Under the pieces are notes generated by a model. That model saw only the letters and a program-made list of their open reading frames with translations, did no database searches and was not told the DNA's origin. Position numbers and translations under genes: made by a program. 64,000 nt of DNA from a virus: IMG/VR virus record IMGVR_UViG_2889676293_000002, positions 16 through 64,015 of that record; one strand, written 5' to 3'. Each line of letters starts with the position of its first letter. The first letter of the stretch is position 1. Shown here in pieces: positions 1 through 8,961 of this stretch.

Positions 1-1347
1 TGGGGTTTCCCCTGGACTGCTGGCACTATCTACGCCCCTAGTTTCGGAAGTAGAGGCGTTGGTGCCCCGTTTCCAGGCGTCCATCGTTTGCGACACGACC
101 GTCGAGCTCGACACTTTGACGTACTTACCGGTTGAGGAAATTGCCACGTGTCCCATGATTTCCTGTAGCGTCCGGGTGGGCATGCCCCCGTTTGACATCA
201 GCGTAGCAAACGTCCTGCGGGCCATGTGGCTATTCGCCGCTTTGTAGAGCTCCATTGTCTCGGCAACCATGCGGCCCTTGTAAAAGCTGCCCAGCACAAC
301 CGGCCGTAACCAGCCAGCCTGTTTACCCACGTCTTTCAGACAGTAGTTATAGTTGTAGAGGTCAGGCGGTGGACCACTGGGCCGCGATTCGAGAAACCCG
401 AGCGCGTAATCATTGAGGGGTATAGGTACCCGTTTGCCGGTTTTCTGCTGCACCGCATCCAGGCAGTCGATTCCGTCAATCTGCATGAGCTTCGGGGTCT
501 GTAGCTGCCACAGATCAGAATGGCGAAGGCCTGTACTGGCTGCCATCGCGAAATACCAGCGCGTGTCTTCGTAGACGCGAAGGGGCACCGCTGACGAATG
601 CGTCAGTTGCTTATCGCGGATCGTCACGTCGCGCAGCTGGTTGAGGTCGTGCCAGTTTAGCTCCGGCAGAATCGGATCAGATGCCGAGCGGGATTCCAGC
701 CAGGTAAAGTCAGGCGGTACCGGCATTCGCTTCTGGGCCGCATACTTGAGCAGCCCCCGCAGCATGGCCACGTAGGCTTTCATCGTCGTATCAGCCAGCG
801 ACAGTTCATCCTGCAAATACACCTTGAATAAATTCAGAACGCCGATATCCAAATCGGGCCAGTCCAGATCCGGCCGGTAGGCTTTCAGGTGCTTGAGTAC
901 CGTTTCGGTGGTCGTGTCCCAGGCTTTCGACTTCTGAGCTTTCATCTCGGCGCGAAACTGCAACCCAAACGCATCGATCGACGGGTAGGGCGAAACGATA
1001 GGAGAGGGCGCTGCGGTGGGTTTTGCCTTACCCAGCAACTCGACCCGAATGCGCTCCTTTTCGGCGCGAACCATATCCTCGGTGACCACGACGCCCGCAT
1101 TTTCCTGTTGGTAGACAAAGCTGTTCAGGCCACTGGCGTAGGTGCTCAACCGCTGGTTGATGTCGGATGAGAATTTCACCCGGGTACGTACCTGCTTTTT
1201 TTCGTCATCCCATTCGGCCGGCAGCGCTTTCTCACCACTCGACAACCGCACCCGGTTCCCTGACCAGTACACGGCCAGCATGATTGCAAAACGACCAGCT
1301 TTATCGGGCTGGTCGTTGCGTAGATACCGATCAACCGTTGCGCTCAT
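1..1347 (-). CDS. int: Tyrosine integrase (3' end runs off the window)
   Basis: Hand translation from ATG 1347: MSATVDRYLRNDQPDKAGRFAIMLAVYWSGNRVRLSSG (arm-binding-like), catalytic SHMARRTFAT...MGH...GKYVK; no stop before base 1, which is probably why it is missing from the ORF track. Confidence 0.93.
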   Translation of the reverse strand, partial: MSATVDRYLRNDQPDKAGRFAIMLAVYWSGNRVRLSSGEKALPAEWDDEKKQVRTRVKFSSDINQRLSTYASGLNSFVYQQENAGVVVTEDMVRAEKERIRVELLGKAKPTAAPSPIVSPYPSIDAFGLQFRAEMKAQKSKAWDTTTETVLKHLKAYRPDLDWPDLDIGVLNLFKVYLQDELSLADTTMKAYVAMLRGLLKYAAQKRMPVPPDFTWLESRSASDPILPELNWHDLNQLRDVTIRDKQLTHSSAVPLRVYEDTRWYFAMAASTGLRHSDLWQLQTPKLMQIDGIDCLDAVQQKTGKRVPIPLNDYALGFLESRPSGPPPDLYNYNYCLKDVGKQAGWLRPVVLGSFYKGRMVAETMELYKAANSHMARRTFATLMSNGGMPTRTLQEIMGHVAISSTGKYVKVSSSTVVSQTMDAWKRGTNASTSETRGVDSASSPGETP

Positions 1348-1604
1348 TTGGCCGGGCAGGTGGTTACCAGTTTAGCGTAATAACTCCCCAGATTAACGAC
1401 CATGTTGGCGCCGTTCAGTTTGGCATCGCGGGCCCCGTCGCCGCATACGTCCGCTACTGCCGTCTGAGTGGCAGGGACGTAACCGGTTGGGTTGGCTCCT
1501 ATGGCCTGGTAACTAGTCACGGTTGTACAGGTATAGCAGATTTCGGGCTCCTTTTTCGAGCAGCCCAGCAACAGTATAAGAAGAACAGGTATCAAGTATT
1601 TCAT
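1344..1604 (-). CDS. Small lipoprotein
   Basis: MKYLIPVLLILLLG-C lipobox; ATGA overlaps with both the repressor stop and the integrase start. Confidence 0.8.
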   Translation of the reverse strand: MKYLIPVLLILLLGCSKKEPEICYTCTTVTSYQAIGANPTGYVPATQTAVADVCGDGARDAKLNGANMVVNLGSYYAKLVTTCPAK

Positions 1605-2665
1605 TTCACTTTGCCTTTCACGATTTCATCGATCTCGAAAATCTGCCGTATCTCGCTGCGTGGCACGGTAATCGAGCCGCCCAGCGGATTGTCTGAATGC
1701 AGCGTCAATCGCCCATCTTCTTCGAGCCTGTTGTCGCGAATGCGCTTGATGACAAATTCATCCCGGTACTGCACGGCTACCACACCAGTGGTATACGGCC
1801 AGTCCCCTGGATCGACTACGTAAGCGGTCACTTCATACCCTGGATGCAATAGGGGCTCCATGCTATCGCCGTCCACCTCAATGACGTATACTTTGTCTTT
1901 GCGGCTTCGCTCTGTCTCATACCCGGCTTTCAATACGTCCCGGCTGACGTAGACAACGTCTAACTCACTACCATACATCACGTGCGACTCTTCTACAATA
2001 CTCGACCGGGCAAAGCCTGCGCGCGCCCGGACGGGTATGAATGGGATAGGGATTTTTTCTTCCTGTAGCGCAACGGGTTTTACCAAGTGCGTATAACCAC
2101 CAAGAATCGCTCGCATCTCCGCCTCGTCCACCTGAAACGCCCTAGCCAGCGCCTGTTTTGTTTTGGGCTCCAGCTGCTCGGTTTCCTCATACTTACTCAC
2201 ACTTACACTAGCCGACCCCGGAGCCAGTCCCATCAATATCCCCAATGCCCGCTTCGACATTCCCCTCTTTTGCCGATACCCTGCCAGTCGTTGCCCCTCA
2301 CTTATCATCCGGTCCGGAGCAGGTGGCGGTGGCGGGTCACCCATCTGCCCCTCACCCGAAAGCAGCCATTGCGCAGATATACCTACGTATGTTGCTATTT
2401 TCAAACAAACCTCGTCGGTAATCGTCCGTTTTTTTAGAAGATGCGAAACGCCGGTTGGCTGCATACTGACGGCTGAGGCGAAGGCCGTCTGGTTGCCCTC
2501 GAAGTGCTCATCAATAACCAGTTTAAGCCGCGTACGCCTACCAGACTGGATACGTAAGGCGTCAGGAGTTTCACCCTGGCCAGCGGGCCGACCCGCCCGC
2601 TTACTACTCTCGGGTGCTAAAGGCACCCCCTTCCCCACTAAAACCATCTGCTCCTTCTTTTTCAC
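1601..2665 (-). CDS. CI-like repressor with two HTH domains and an S24 autopeptidase
   Basis: HTH1 NQTAFASAVSMQPTGVSHLL...WLLSGEG; HTH2 GQRLAGYRQKRGMSKRALG...VSKYE; A-G site RARAGF, Ser in GDSMEP, Lys in VIKRI. Confidence 0.92.
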   Translation of the reverse strand: MKKKEQMVLVGKGVPLAPESSKRAGRPAGQGETPDALRIQSGRRTRLKLVIDEHFEGNQTAFASAVSMQPTGVSHLLKKRTITDEVCLKIATYVGISAQWLLSGEGQMGDPPPPPAPDRMISEGQRLAGYRQKRGMSKRALGILMGLAPGSASVSVSKYEETEQLEPKTKQALARAFQVDEAEMRAILGGYTHLVKPVALQEEKIPIPFIPVRARAGFARSSIVEESHVMYGSELDVVYVSRDVLKAGYETERSRKDKVYVIEVDGDSMEPLLHPGYEVTAYVVDPGDWPYTTGVVAVQYRDEFVIKRIRDNRLEEDGRLTLHSDNPLGGSITVPRSEIRQIFEIDEIVKGKVK

Positions 2666-2666
2666 G

Positions 2667-2714
2667 TTGTTAATTACTTGACAAGTATTTATATTTGCTT
2701 CGATTAAGTGTCAA
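2667..2714. promoter_or_regulatory. cI/cro control region: TTG-N20-TATATTTG promoter with overlapping operator-like motif
   Basis: TTG 2667-2669, TATATTTG 2690-2697 (Bacteroidota -33/-7 consensus); TTGACAAGTATTTA 2678-2691 and inverted TGTCAA 2709-2714. Confidence 0.65.
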
Positions 2715-2773
2715 TGTTTTCCTTGAACGGTCAAATAGTGATATAAATAACCATCAATTAATGATAGCGAATT

Positions 2774-3049
2774 ATGGGAAGACACAAGGGTAGTGGGCCC
2801 GCTGTAGTGCTCACACGAAAAGAATTGAACGAATTGGCTGCTGACGTACGTAGGCTGGGAAACAACGTCATTGCCCGTCAGGCAGGCATTAGTATTAACG
2901 GCATGTCGTTGATTATCAACGGCAAGAACAACGCAAGCATCGCTACGCTTAAAAAGATACGAACGGCAATTAGCGAGCTAGAAGAGATAAAGACCGGTGG
3001 CTCAAAGCCCGAAAAAAAACCAGTTGCGCCAGTAGCAACACCAGCCTAA
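2774..3049 (+). CDS. Cro-like HTH protein
   Basis: Divergent from the repressor; HTH GNNVIARQAGISINGMSLIING...ASIATLKKI. Confidence 0.8.
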   Translation: MGRHKGSGPAVVLTRKELNELAADVRRLGNNVIARQAGISINGMSLIINGKNNASIATLKKIRTAISELEEIKTGGSKPEKKPVAPVATPA

Positions 3050-3095
3050 GCCAGCTCGTCGGCAGGGAAGGGCGTATGACAGGAAAAGGTGTCTG

Positions 3096-3160
3096 TAAAT
3101 ATTTGTCAATATTTTTTTATCTCGATACTTGACAGATATTTATATTAATGTATACCTTTG
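3096..3160 (+). promoter_or_regulatory. Early promoter/operator
   Basis: TAAATATTTGTCAA 3096-3109 (inverted motif), TTGACAGATATTTA 3129-3142, TACCTTTG 3153-3160; bases 3125-3150 are identical to 55501-55526. Confidence 0.7.
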
Positions 3161-3184
3161 GTCATCGAATTAGCAACAACGCCG

Positions 3185-3439
3185 ATGATCTGTTCTGCCA
3201 CCCAGCTTTTCCCCTTCGCCCAGCAATACGCCCTGCTGACCGGTGCCGACTTCTGCGAGGGTCTGCGGGCCGTAGCGGCCGGTTCTGACCGGGCTCAGGC
3301 GGTTGGCGGTCCGGGTGATGCCTACCTGCTCCTGACGCCAATGGGCTGGATATGGGCCACAGAGCCTAAGCCTGAGCAGGCTGACGATCAGAGTGATTGG
3401 CTTGAAACACGCAACTACCTACGTACCTGCCCTTTATGA
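3185..3439 (+). CDS. Hypothetical early protein
   Basis: ATG 3185 downstream of the promoter; overlaps the next gene by ATGA. Confidence 0.55.
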   Translation: MICSATQLFPFAQQYALLTGADFCEGLRAVAAGSDRAQAVGGPGDAYLLLTPMGWIWATEPKPEQADDQSDWLETRNYLRTCPL

Positions 3440-3741
3440 ATCAGCAAATCGTATTCACTATGTCGCCTGATGACCTTCAGGCCATGCTGACCAAAGCCAA
3501 CGAAGGCTTTGCCGCTGACCTGCGTGAGTTGCAGGCACGTACTGCGCACGTCAAACACGCCTACACCATCAAGGAAGTAGCGGAGAAAATCGGCTACTCG
3601 GTCGACACGGTGCGCACCTTCATCAAAGAAGGCCGCCGGGCCAAGGGTGGTAAGACCGCCCGACTCAAAGCCCGCGAAATCACGGCTGGCGACTACCGGA
3701 TTACGCCCGCCGATCTCGATGCATTTATCGCGCAATTCTAA
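3436..3741 (+). CDS. Excisionase-like HTH DNA-binding protein
   Basis: AYTIKEVAEKIGYSVDTVRTFIKEG...LKA...YRITPADLDAFI (MerR/Xis-like HTH). Confidence 0.8.
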   Translation: MNQQIVFTMSPDDLQAMLTKANEGFAADLRELQARTAHVKHAYTIKEVAEKIGYSVDTVRTFIKEGRRAKGGKTARLKAREITAGDYRITPADLDAFIAQF

Positions 3742-3753
3742 ACCATCTATATC

Positions 3754-3882
3754 ATGACTAAGCCCCGTTCTCTGCGTTTTCGCGAAGCCATTCTCTGCAC
3801 AGTCATTGTATTAGTCGCCGTCGGCTCATTTGCTCTCACAATCATCACGCTGTTTTCCCGCATTTACCATGCCTCACACTGA
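3754..3882 (+). CDS. 42-aa single-TM peptide
   Basis: Hand translation MTKPRSLRFREAILCTVIVLVAVGSFALTIITLFSRIYHASH; fills the gap between genes; below the ORF-track cutoff. Confidence 0.5.
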   Translation: MTKPRSLRFREAILCTVIVLVAVGSFALTIITLFSRIYHASH

Positions 3883-4168
3883 ATCAATCAATACGCTGGC
3901 TCACGACCTGAGCATGCTGACCGGACCGGCTGTTATTGGCGACCAGGCAACTGTGCAGGAACTGGCCGTGCTCGAATGCACCTACGTATATCTGCTCACC
4001 AAATGGACGTACGTGGCCAATAGCTGGCAGGTAGCCAGCAATGACATCGCTGCCAGCATTGAGCAGGTGTATCGCCTGATGAGCGGGTCACTGGCTGAGT
4101 TTCTGGATACGTTCAGCGAGTACGTCTGCCAAGCTAATCTACTGAGCATTGACTTCGCCACTAACTGA
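3869..4168 (+). CDS. Hypothetical protein
   Basis: ATG 3869 (MPHTESINTLAH...); fits the tight operon packing. Confidence 0.55.
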   Translation: MPHTESINTLAHDLSMLTGPAVIGDQATVQELAVLECTYVYLLTKWTYVANSWQVASNDIAASIEQVYRLMSGSLAEFLDTFSEYVCQANLLSIDFATN

Positions 4169-4176
4169 GATCAGCT

Positions 4177-5187
4177 ATGGCAAGGCCCGCACGATACAAC
4201 GCCGAATACTTCACGCATAATGCCGACTTCCGCAACGATCGGCGCGTGAAAGCTATTCGCTCCAACTTCGGTGCGGCTGGGTATGGCTTAACGCTGATGC
4301 TTCTTGAGATTCTGACTGATTCAGATCATACGCAGCTCTGCACTGATGACTTAGAACTCGAATTACTATCGGGCGACCTGGGGGTTTCTGTCACAGAAAT
4401 CCACAGCCTGCTACAGCTTGCCGAAAAAATAGGGTTTTTCTCACGGAATGACGCCGGACTGCTGATCTGTCCTGACTTGAACAGGGTGCTTGAGCCCGTC
4501 TTCGAAAAGCGTAACCGGGCCAGAAACTCACCGAAACCCGATTCTGCTGTAGTTTCTGTCGCAGAAACTACAGAAACGGGGGTTTCTGTGACAGAAACTA
4601 CACAGAGTAAAGTAAAGGAAAGTAAAGAAGAGGAAAGTAAAAAAAATGGATCAAGTAACGATCTAGGTAAGGATAGATCTGGTGTCGCTGACGCGACCGA
4701 TGCGCCAACTCAGGTTGTTCCCTCTTCTTATCCTTCTGCCTTACGGCAAACGCCCAGCTTTGCCAAGCCCACGACACCGGTAGTCCCAAATGAGGCACCG
4801 GCCGCGAAAAAGTCGGCCACTGTGGATAAACGCACCTACGGCGACGGGATGCTACAGGAGCAATGCCGTGACTACTACAAAGCCAACCTCGACAAGTATC
4901 CGGCTGACCTCTACAACGAATTTCTAGCCCACTGGACAGCCATTACTCAGAACGCCAAGAAGAAGGCCGACAACGGCAAAGAGCTATGGCGTACCCGCGA
5001 AACATTCGATTTGGCCGGAAGGCTGTCAACCTGGAAACAGAATCAAGAAAAATTCAGCAATGGAAACCAACCGGACAAGAGAACCCCAACGCCTGGCCGC
5101 ATTGATGCCAAGTCCACAAGTGGAGCAACGGCCAAGTGGCGAGGAAACAAGCTCATTAGACCAGGAAGCACACCTGAGTCTATCTAA
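4177..5187 (+). CDS. Replication initiator (DUF4373/Lin1244-like N-terminus)
   Basis: YFTHNADFRNDRRVKAIRSNFGAAGYG; internal iteron-like repeats; followed by a loader-type ATPase. Confidence 0.8.
   Translation: MARPARYNAEYFTHNADFRNDRRVKAIRSNFGAAGYGLTLMLLEILTDSDHTQLCTDDLELELLSGDLGVSVTEIHSLLQLAEKIGFFSRNDAGLLICPDLNRVLEPVFEKRNRARNSPKPDSAVVSVAETTETGVSVTETTQSKVKESKEEESKKNGSSNDLGKDRSGVADATDAPTQVVPSSYPSALRQTPSFAKPTTPVVPNEAPAAKKSATVDKRTYGDGMLQEQCRDYYKANLDKYPADLYNEFLAHWTAITQNAKKKADNGKELWRTRETFDLAGRLSTWKQNQEKFSNGNQPDKRTPTPGRIDAKSTSGATAKWRGNKLIRPGSTPESI
4384..4598. repeat. Palindromic iteron-like repeats (putative origin)
   Basis: GTTTCTG-N3-CAGAAA(C/T) at 4384-4400, 4552-4568 and 4582-4598, with an extra half-site CAGAAAC at 4571-4577. 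Confidence 0.65.
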
Positions 5188-5950
5188 CGTGTTCCTGACG
5201 CCTGACGAAGAGAAAGCAGCCCTCAAAGCAGCGTTGCAGGCAAAGCGCCAACGGATCGGCTACGAACGGCAACGGACGCTGGAAAAGATTGCTCAGCTTG
5301 ACATGTCAATCCGTGGACCACAAACCCCGTTCGACCTGCATCAACTGATCATGCAGCGCGGTCAGGAACTGGCTCAGCGCGAACAGTGGGAAAACCCCTT
5401 CGTCATTCCGGCCCACACGGCCCACATCTACGAAGCGCTGGTCTTCTACTTCATGGGTGACGAACGGGGAGCGATGAACGCCGGCCTGTCGCTCAGGAAA
5501 GGGCTGCTGCTGCACGGTGGCAAAGGAACCGGTAAGTCGGTGATCATGCGCCTGTTTGCCCGCAATCCATTCCAGGGCTTCGAATGGAAACCGACGGCTG
5601 ATATCGTCAACGAGTACGGCAAAAAGGATAACGCCGAGGCGACCATTGAGAAGTACTCTGAAATGGTGCTCAATGCGCACCTGGCTAACTATTACAACCA
5701 GACCCACCGCGGCTTTTGCTTCGATGACCTGGGCGCTGAAAAGGTAGCCAGCAACTTCGGAAAGGAAGAGATCATGATCACCATTCTGGAAGCCCGCTAC
5801 AACAACTGCCGTGGCCCTAAGACGCACATCACGACCAACCTGTCGCTCGATGAACTCGAAAAACGGTATTCCGAGCGGACAATGGATCGGCTGTACCAGA
5901 TGTTCAACATGGTTGAGTTTCCGGAAGATATGGAATCAATGCGCATCTAA
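5060..5950 (+). CDS. DnaC/IstB-like P-loop ATPase (helicase loader); start uncertain
   Basis: Walker A GGKGTGKS, Walker B FCFDDLG, ITTNL, RTMDRLYQMFN. Confidence 0.85.
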   Translation: METNRTREPQRLAALMPSPQVEQRPSGEETSSLDQEAHLSLSNVFLTPDEEKAALKAALQAKRQRIGYERQRTLEKIAQLDMSIRGPQTPFDLHQLIMQRGQELAQREQWENPFVIPAHTAHIYEALVFYFMGDERGAMNAGLSLRKGLLLHGGKGTGKSVIMRLFARNPFQGFEWKPTADIVNEYGKKDNAEATIEKYSEMVLNAHLANYYNQTHRGFCFDDLGAEKVASNFGKEEIMITILEARYNNCRGPKTHITTNLSLDELEKRYSERTMDRLYQMFNMVEFPEDMESMRI

Positions 5951-5980
5951 TCTCATCACCCCATCACGAAGAAAGTAGAC

Positions 5981-6592
5981 ATGGCCTACCAGACCCCCAA
6001 GCAGAAGGCAGAAGCAGGTACGTTGCCGGCCGTCGTCGCCAAGCCAAAGCGAAACACGCCTGTTCGCCAGCCTAAAAGCGATTCCGTGCTGCTGGCCGAG
6101 GCTGGCTACGTCGTGCCTACGATCAGCCGCCATGCCCGCTATATCGCAGGCATTGATCCTGACATTGACAAGTCGGGGCTTGTGATCTACGACCGGCAGG
6201 AAAACGCCTGGCTATGCACAACGGCAACGCTGCACATGCTGATACAAGGCATAACGCAGGACTTTGTACCCGACTCCATTGATTTCATCGTTGAGGCTGG
6301 CTGGGACAATAAGGGCTTTTTTCACTTTGGCGGTTTCCCGCCTGGCTTCGATAAATGGGGACAGAAAAGCCAGTTTGCCTACATCGCCAAAGTGGGCAGT
6401 CGGGTCGGCGAAAACTTTGGCATCGGCAAAACCATCGTGCATATGCTTCAGGCGATGGGCTACCGGGTCCACACCGTTAAGCCACAGTCCGGCAAATGGG
6501 ATGCCGACGAATTCATGCAAAAGACTGGCCTTACCTACGGCTATAATCCAGAAGTGCGCGACGCCTGCCGCACCATGTACCCATTCAAATAA
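5981..6592 (+). CDS. RNase H-fold nuclease (RuvC-like resolvase)
   Basis: YIAGIDPDIDKSG, IVEAGW, C-terminal EVRDA. Confidence 0.6.
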   Translation: MAYQTPKQKAEAGTLPAVVAKPKRNTPVRQPKSDSVLLAEAGYVVPTISRHARYIAGIDPDIDKSGLVIYDRQENAWLCTTATLHMLIQGITQDFVPDSIDFIVEAGWDNKGFFHFGGFPPGFDKWGQKSQFAYIAKVGSRVGENFGIGKTIVHMLQAMGYRVHTVKPQSGKWDADEFMQKTGLTYGYNPEVRDACRTMYPFK

Positions 6593-6626
6593 TCAGTTTT
6601 CAACCAGTTTAACCCCTACTAATGCC

Positions 6627-7280
6627 ATGTGGATTGAATCAAAAATCGCTTACACCATGCTCGTTGAAGGCGAGCCAAAGCCTGTTACTGAATCGTATCT
6701 GAATCAGGCTGTCTCGTTTGCTGATGCCGAAGGGCAGTTGTACGAACACCTAAAAAAGCGGATTACTGAACTGGAAGTAAAGGCGCTCAAGCGTGTACCC
6801 ATCGGTCAGACCGACGTGCTGTTTTTTGCCTTTCAGGAAGGCGACTCATTCTGGAAAGTGAAGACCAAGTACCAGACCGAAACCTTTACCGGTAAGGCCA
6901 AGACTGAATACGAAACCTTTATCGTGCCAGCGCTCAACGACCGCGAAGCATCAGACCGGGTTAAGGGTCACTTGAAAGGCTCACTGACTGAGCGCGAAAT
7001 CGTCAACATCGACGTAACGACCATTCTGGCCGTGTACATGCCCAGCAACCAGATTTGGGAAGGCGACTGGCTGAACCGGATGGATGATCTGGAAGCCCAG
7101 GGTAAGAAGTCGGCAACCAGCAATCAAACGTCGATTGAATTCCCTGATCGCAAAGCCGACGCCAACGATAGCGACATCGACGCTACCGAAAAGCCCAGAA
7201 GAGGCAAGGCGAAAGAAACGCCGGTATCGCACCGCAAGCCAGCGCCACAGGGTGGTTGGCAGACACCTGCCTCAGCGTAA
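6627..7280 (+). CDS. DUF4494-like protein
   Basis: ATG 6627 MWIESKIAY...ESYLNQAVSFADAE; duplicated half-domain FWKVKTKY...FIVPA. Confidence 0.7.
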   Translation: MWIESKIAYTMLVEGEPKPVTESYLNQAVSFADAEGQLYEHLKKRITELEVKALKRVPIGQTDVLFFAFQEGDSFWKVKTKYQTETFTGKAKTEYETFIVPALNDREASDRVKGHLKGSLTEREIVNIDVTTILAVYMPSNQIWEGDWLNRMDDLEAQGKKSATSNQTSIEFPDRKADANDSDIDATEKPRRGKAKETPVSHRKPAPQGGWQTPASA

Positions 7281-7338
7281 CCCACTCCCTCACCCACCTA
7301 CCGGCACCACTGTCGGTAGGTGCAATTCTCTCAAGCCA

Positions 7339-8211
7339 ATGGCCCTTAACAGTAATATATCGTGGACTGACCATACCTGGAACATCGCCAGAGGTTGCCA
7401 TAAAGTCTATGACACGCACCCGACCACAAAGCAGAAAGTGTCGGAATGTGAATTCTGCTACATGTACCGTGGCGCCGATGGCCTGTTTGCCTTTGATGCG
7501 CAGACCGTCGCGCAGACGTCGACTAAATCAGGTGGCGCGTTTAAGATGCCGTTACGGCTGCCTAAAGTACAGGCCAAAATATTCACCTCGTCACTGACGG
7601 ATTTCTGGCACAAAGACATTGATAGCTTTCGGCTTGAGGCATTGGCGATCATTATGCGCACCCCATATCTGACGTACCAGATTCTGACCAAACGCCCGCA
7701 GAATATCCGTAAGGCGTTAGAGTTGGCACACACGCAGGCTTGTAACTTATCGAGCAACGACAGCGGTATGCTTAATCTGGCCTACTGGCTAGGGCTGTGG
7801 CTGGAAGGCAAGCCGCCCGTCAACGTGTGGCTGGGTACGTCGGCAGGCTATCAACATACGGCCGATAAGCGCATTCCGCATCTACTGTCGGTGCCAGCCG
7901 CCAAATACTTCGTATCGGCTGAGCCGTTACTGGAATCGGTGTCACTGGCACCCTACCTGCCTAATCTGGATTGGGTAATCGTTGGTGGCGAATCAGGCAA
8001 TGAAACCGGATTCTACAAGTACCGGCCCTGCGAATTGAAGTGGATCGAGAATCTGGTCGATGAGTGCTACGTCGCTGACGTGGCCTGCTGGGTGAAGCAA
8101 ACGGGTACGTACCTGGCTAAAGCGATCGGCATCAATGACGGGCAGGATCGGCACGGTACCAACCCGAATATGTGGCCGCCAACTATCCGCTTTCAGCAGT
8201 TTCCGAAATGA
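7339..8211 (+). CDS. Phage Gp37/Gp68 (DUF5131) family protein
   Basis: SNISWTDHTWN..GC..V..CEFCYM, IFTSSLTDFWH, QILTKRP, FVSAEPLL, WVIVGGESG, VKQTG. Confidence 0.9.
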   Translation: MALNSNISWTDHTWNIARGCHKVYDTHPTTKQKVSECEFCYMYRGADGLFAFDAQTVAQTSTKSGGAFKMPLRLPKVQAKIFTSSLTDFWHKDIDSFRLEALAIIMRTPYLTYQILTKRPQNIRKALELAHTQACNLSSNDSGMLNLAYWLGLWLEGKPPVNVWLGTSAGYQHTADKRIPHLLSVPAAKYFVSAEPLLESVSLAPYLPNLDWVIVGGESGNETGFYKYRPCELKWIENLVDECYVADVACWVKQTGTYLAKAIGINDGQDRHGTNPNMWPPTIRFQQFPK

Positions 8212-8528
8212 GCGACGTTATCGTTATCGGCGCTGGCAATATCGGTAGTGAGATTCGCTTTGCCTGTTCGCTGGCTGGCTTAACGGTTTTCGAGATGCTG
8301 AGCGAAGAGATTGCGGCGATCGAGCGCCAGCGTTACTACGAACAGATTGAGCAGATAGAAATCAAGTTCGCTCAGTTAACCCGCCTTGAAAAAGAGTGCT
8401 ACGACGTAGCTGACTACTTCCGCGAACCGCCGCCCACCGCTCCCCGAAAGATGGGAAAACCAACCAGCGCCAAAGGCAAAAGCCAGTACCTGAGCCGAAA
8501 GATTCTACCCTGTAATCGTAAGAGTTAA
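8208..8528 (+). CDS. Hypothetical protein with N-terminal GxGxxG motif
   Basis: ATG 8208 overlaps the previous stop; MSDVIVIGAGNIGSEI. Confidence 0.6.
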   Translation: MSDVIVIGAGNIGSEIRFACSLAGLTVFEMLSEEIAAIERQRYYEQIEQIEIKFAQLTRLEKECYDVADYFREPPPTAPRKMGKPTSAKGKSQYLSRKILPCNRKS

Positions 8529-8529
8529 T

Positions 8530-8958
8530 ATGCACAAAGCACTACGAGGCCCAAACATGGCCATCAGCTACCTGTCTCAGATTCTATGCTTTGGCGGTGT
8601 GCCACTGCTCTGGACATCTGAAAGCGATTACCCACTGCACACCGTTGCGTTTGATCGTTACACCGTCAGCAAATGGGAAAAGGAAACGGTTGACGGTCGG
8701 CCCATTCACCCACTCTTTGAGGTTGGCGGCCAGATGCGCGGTATTGCACCCGAGCCGTTCACCATTGACGACTATGGCGGCGATAGCCTGACACTAGGCA
8801 AATACCTGCTACTCTATGATGTGTTCAATAGTACAGCGGGCTTTGAGTGTGCCGTCTTCAAGCGACCGACGGCTGAGCTCAGCATATACGACCTGTTTCT
8901 GTTGATACAGTTTTCGGGCGAATGGATTGGATTGAAAACCAAAGTTGTCGAAACCTAG
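8530..8958 (+). CDS. Hypothetical protein
   Basis: Contiguous in the early operon. Confidence 0.6.
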   Translation: MHKALRGPNMAISYLSQILCFGGVPLLWTSESDYPLHTVAFDRYTVSKWEKETVDGRPIHPLFEVGGQMRGIAPEPFTIDDYGGDSLTLGKYLLLYDVFNSTAGFECAVFKRPTAELSIYDLFLLIQFSGEWIGLKTKVVET

Positions 8959-8961
8959 ATC

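Noticed and set aside
34-57. Hairpin near the left end as a tRNA or att site
   Set aside because: Short imperfect stem inside the integrase frame; no cloverleaf and no matching copy near parB.
2678-2683. TTGACA read as an E. coli-type -35 box
   Set aside because: Nearby elements fit the Bacteroidota TTG/TAnnTTTG consensus, and the conserved extension and inverted copies fit an operator better.
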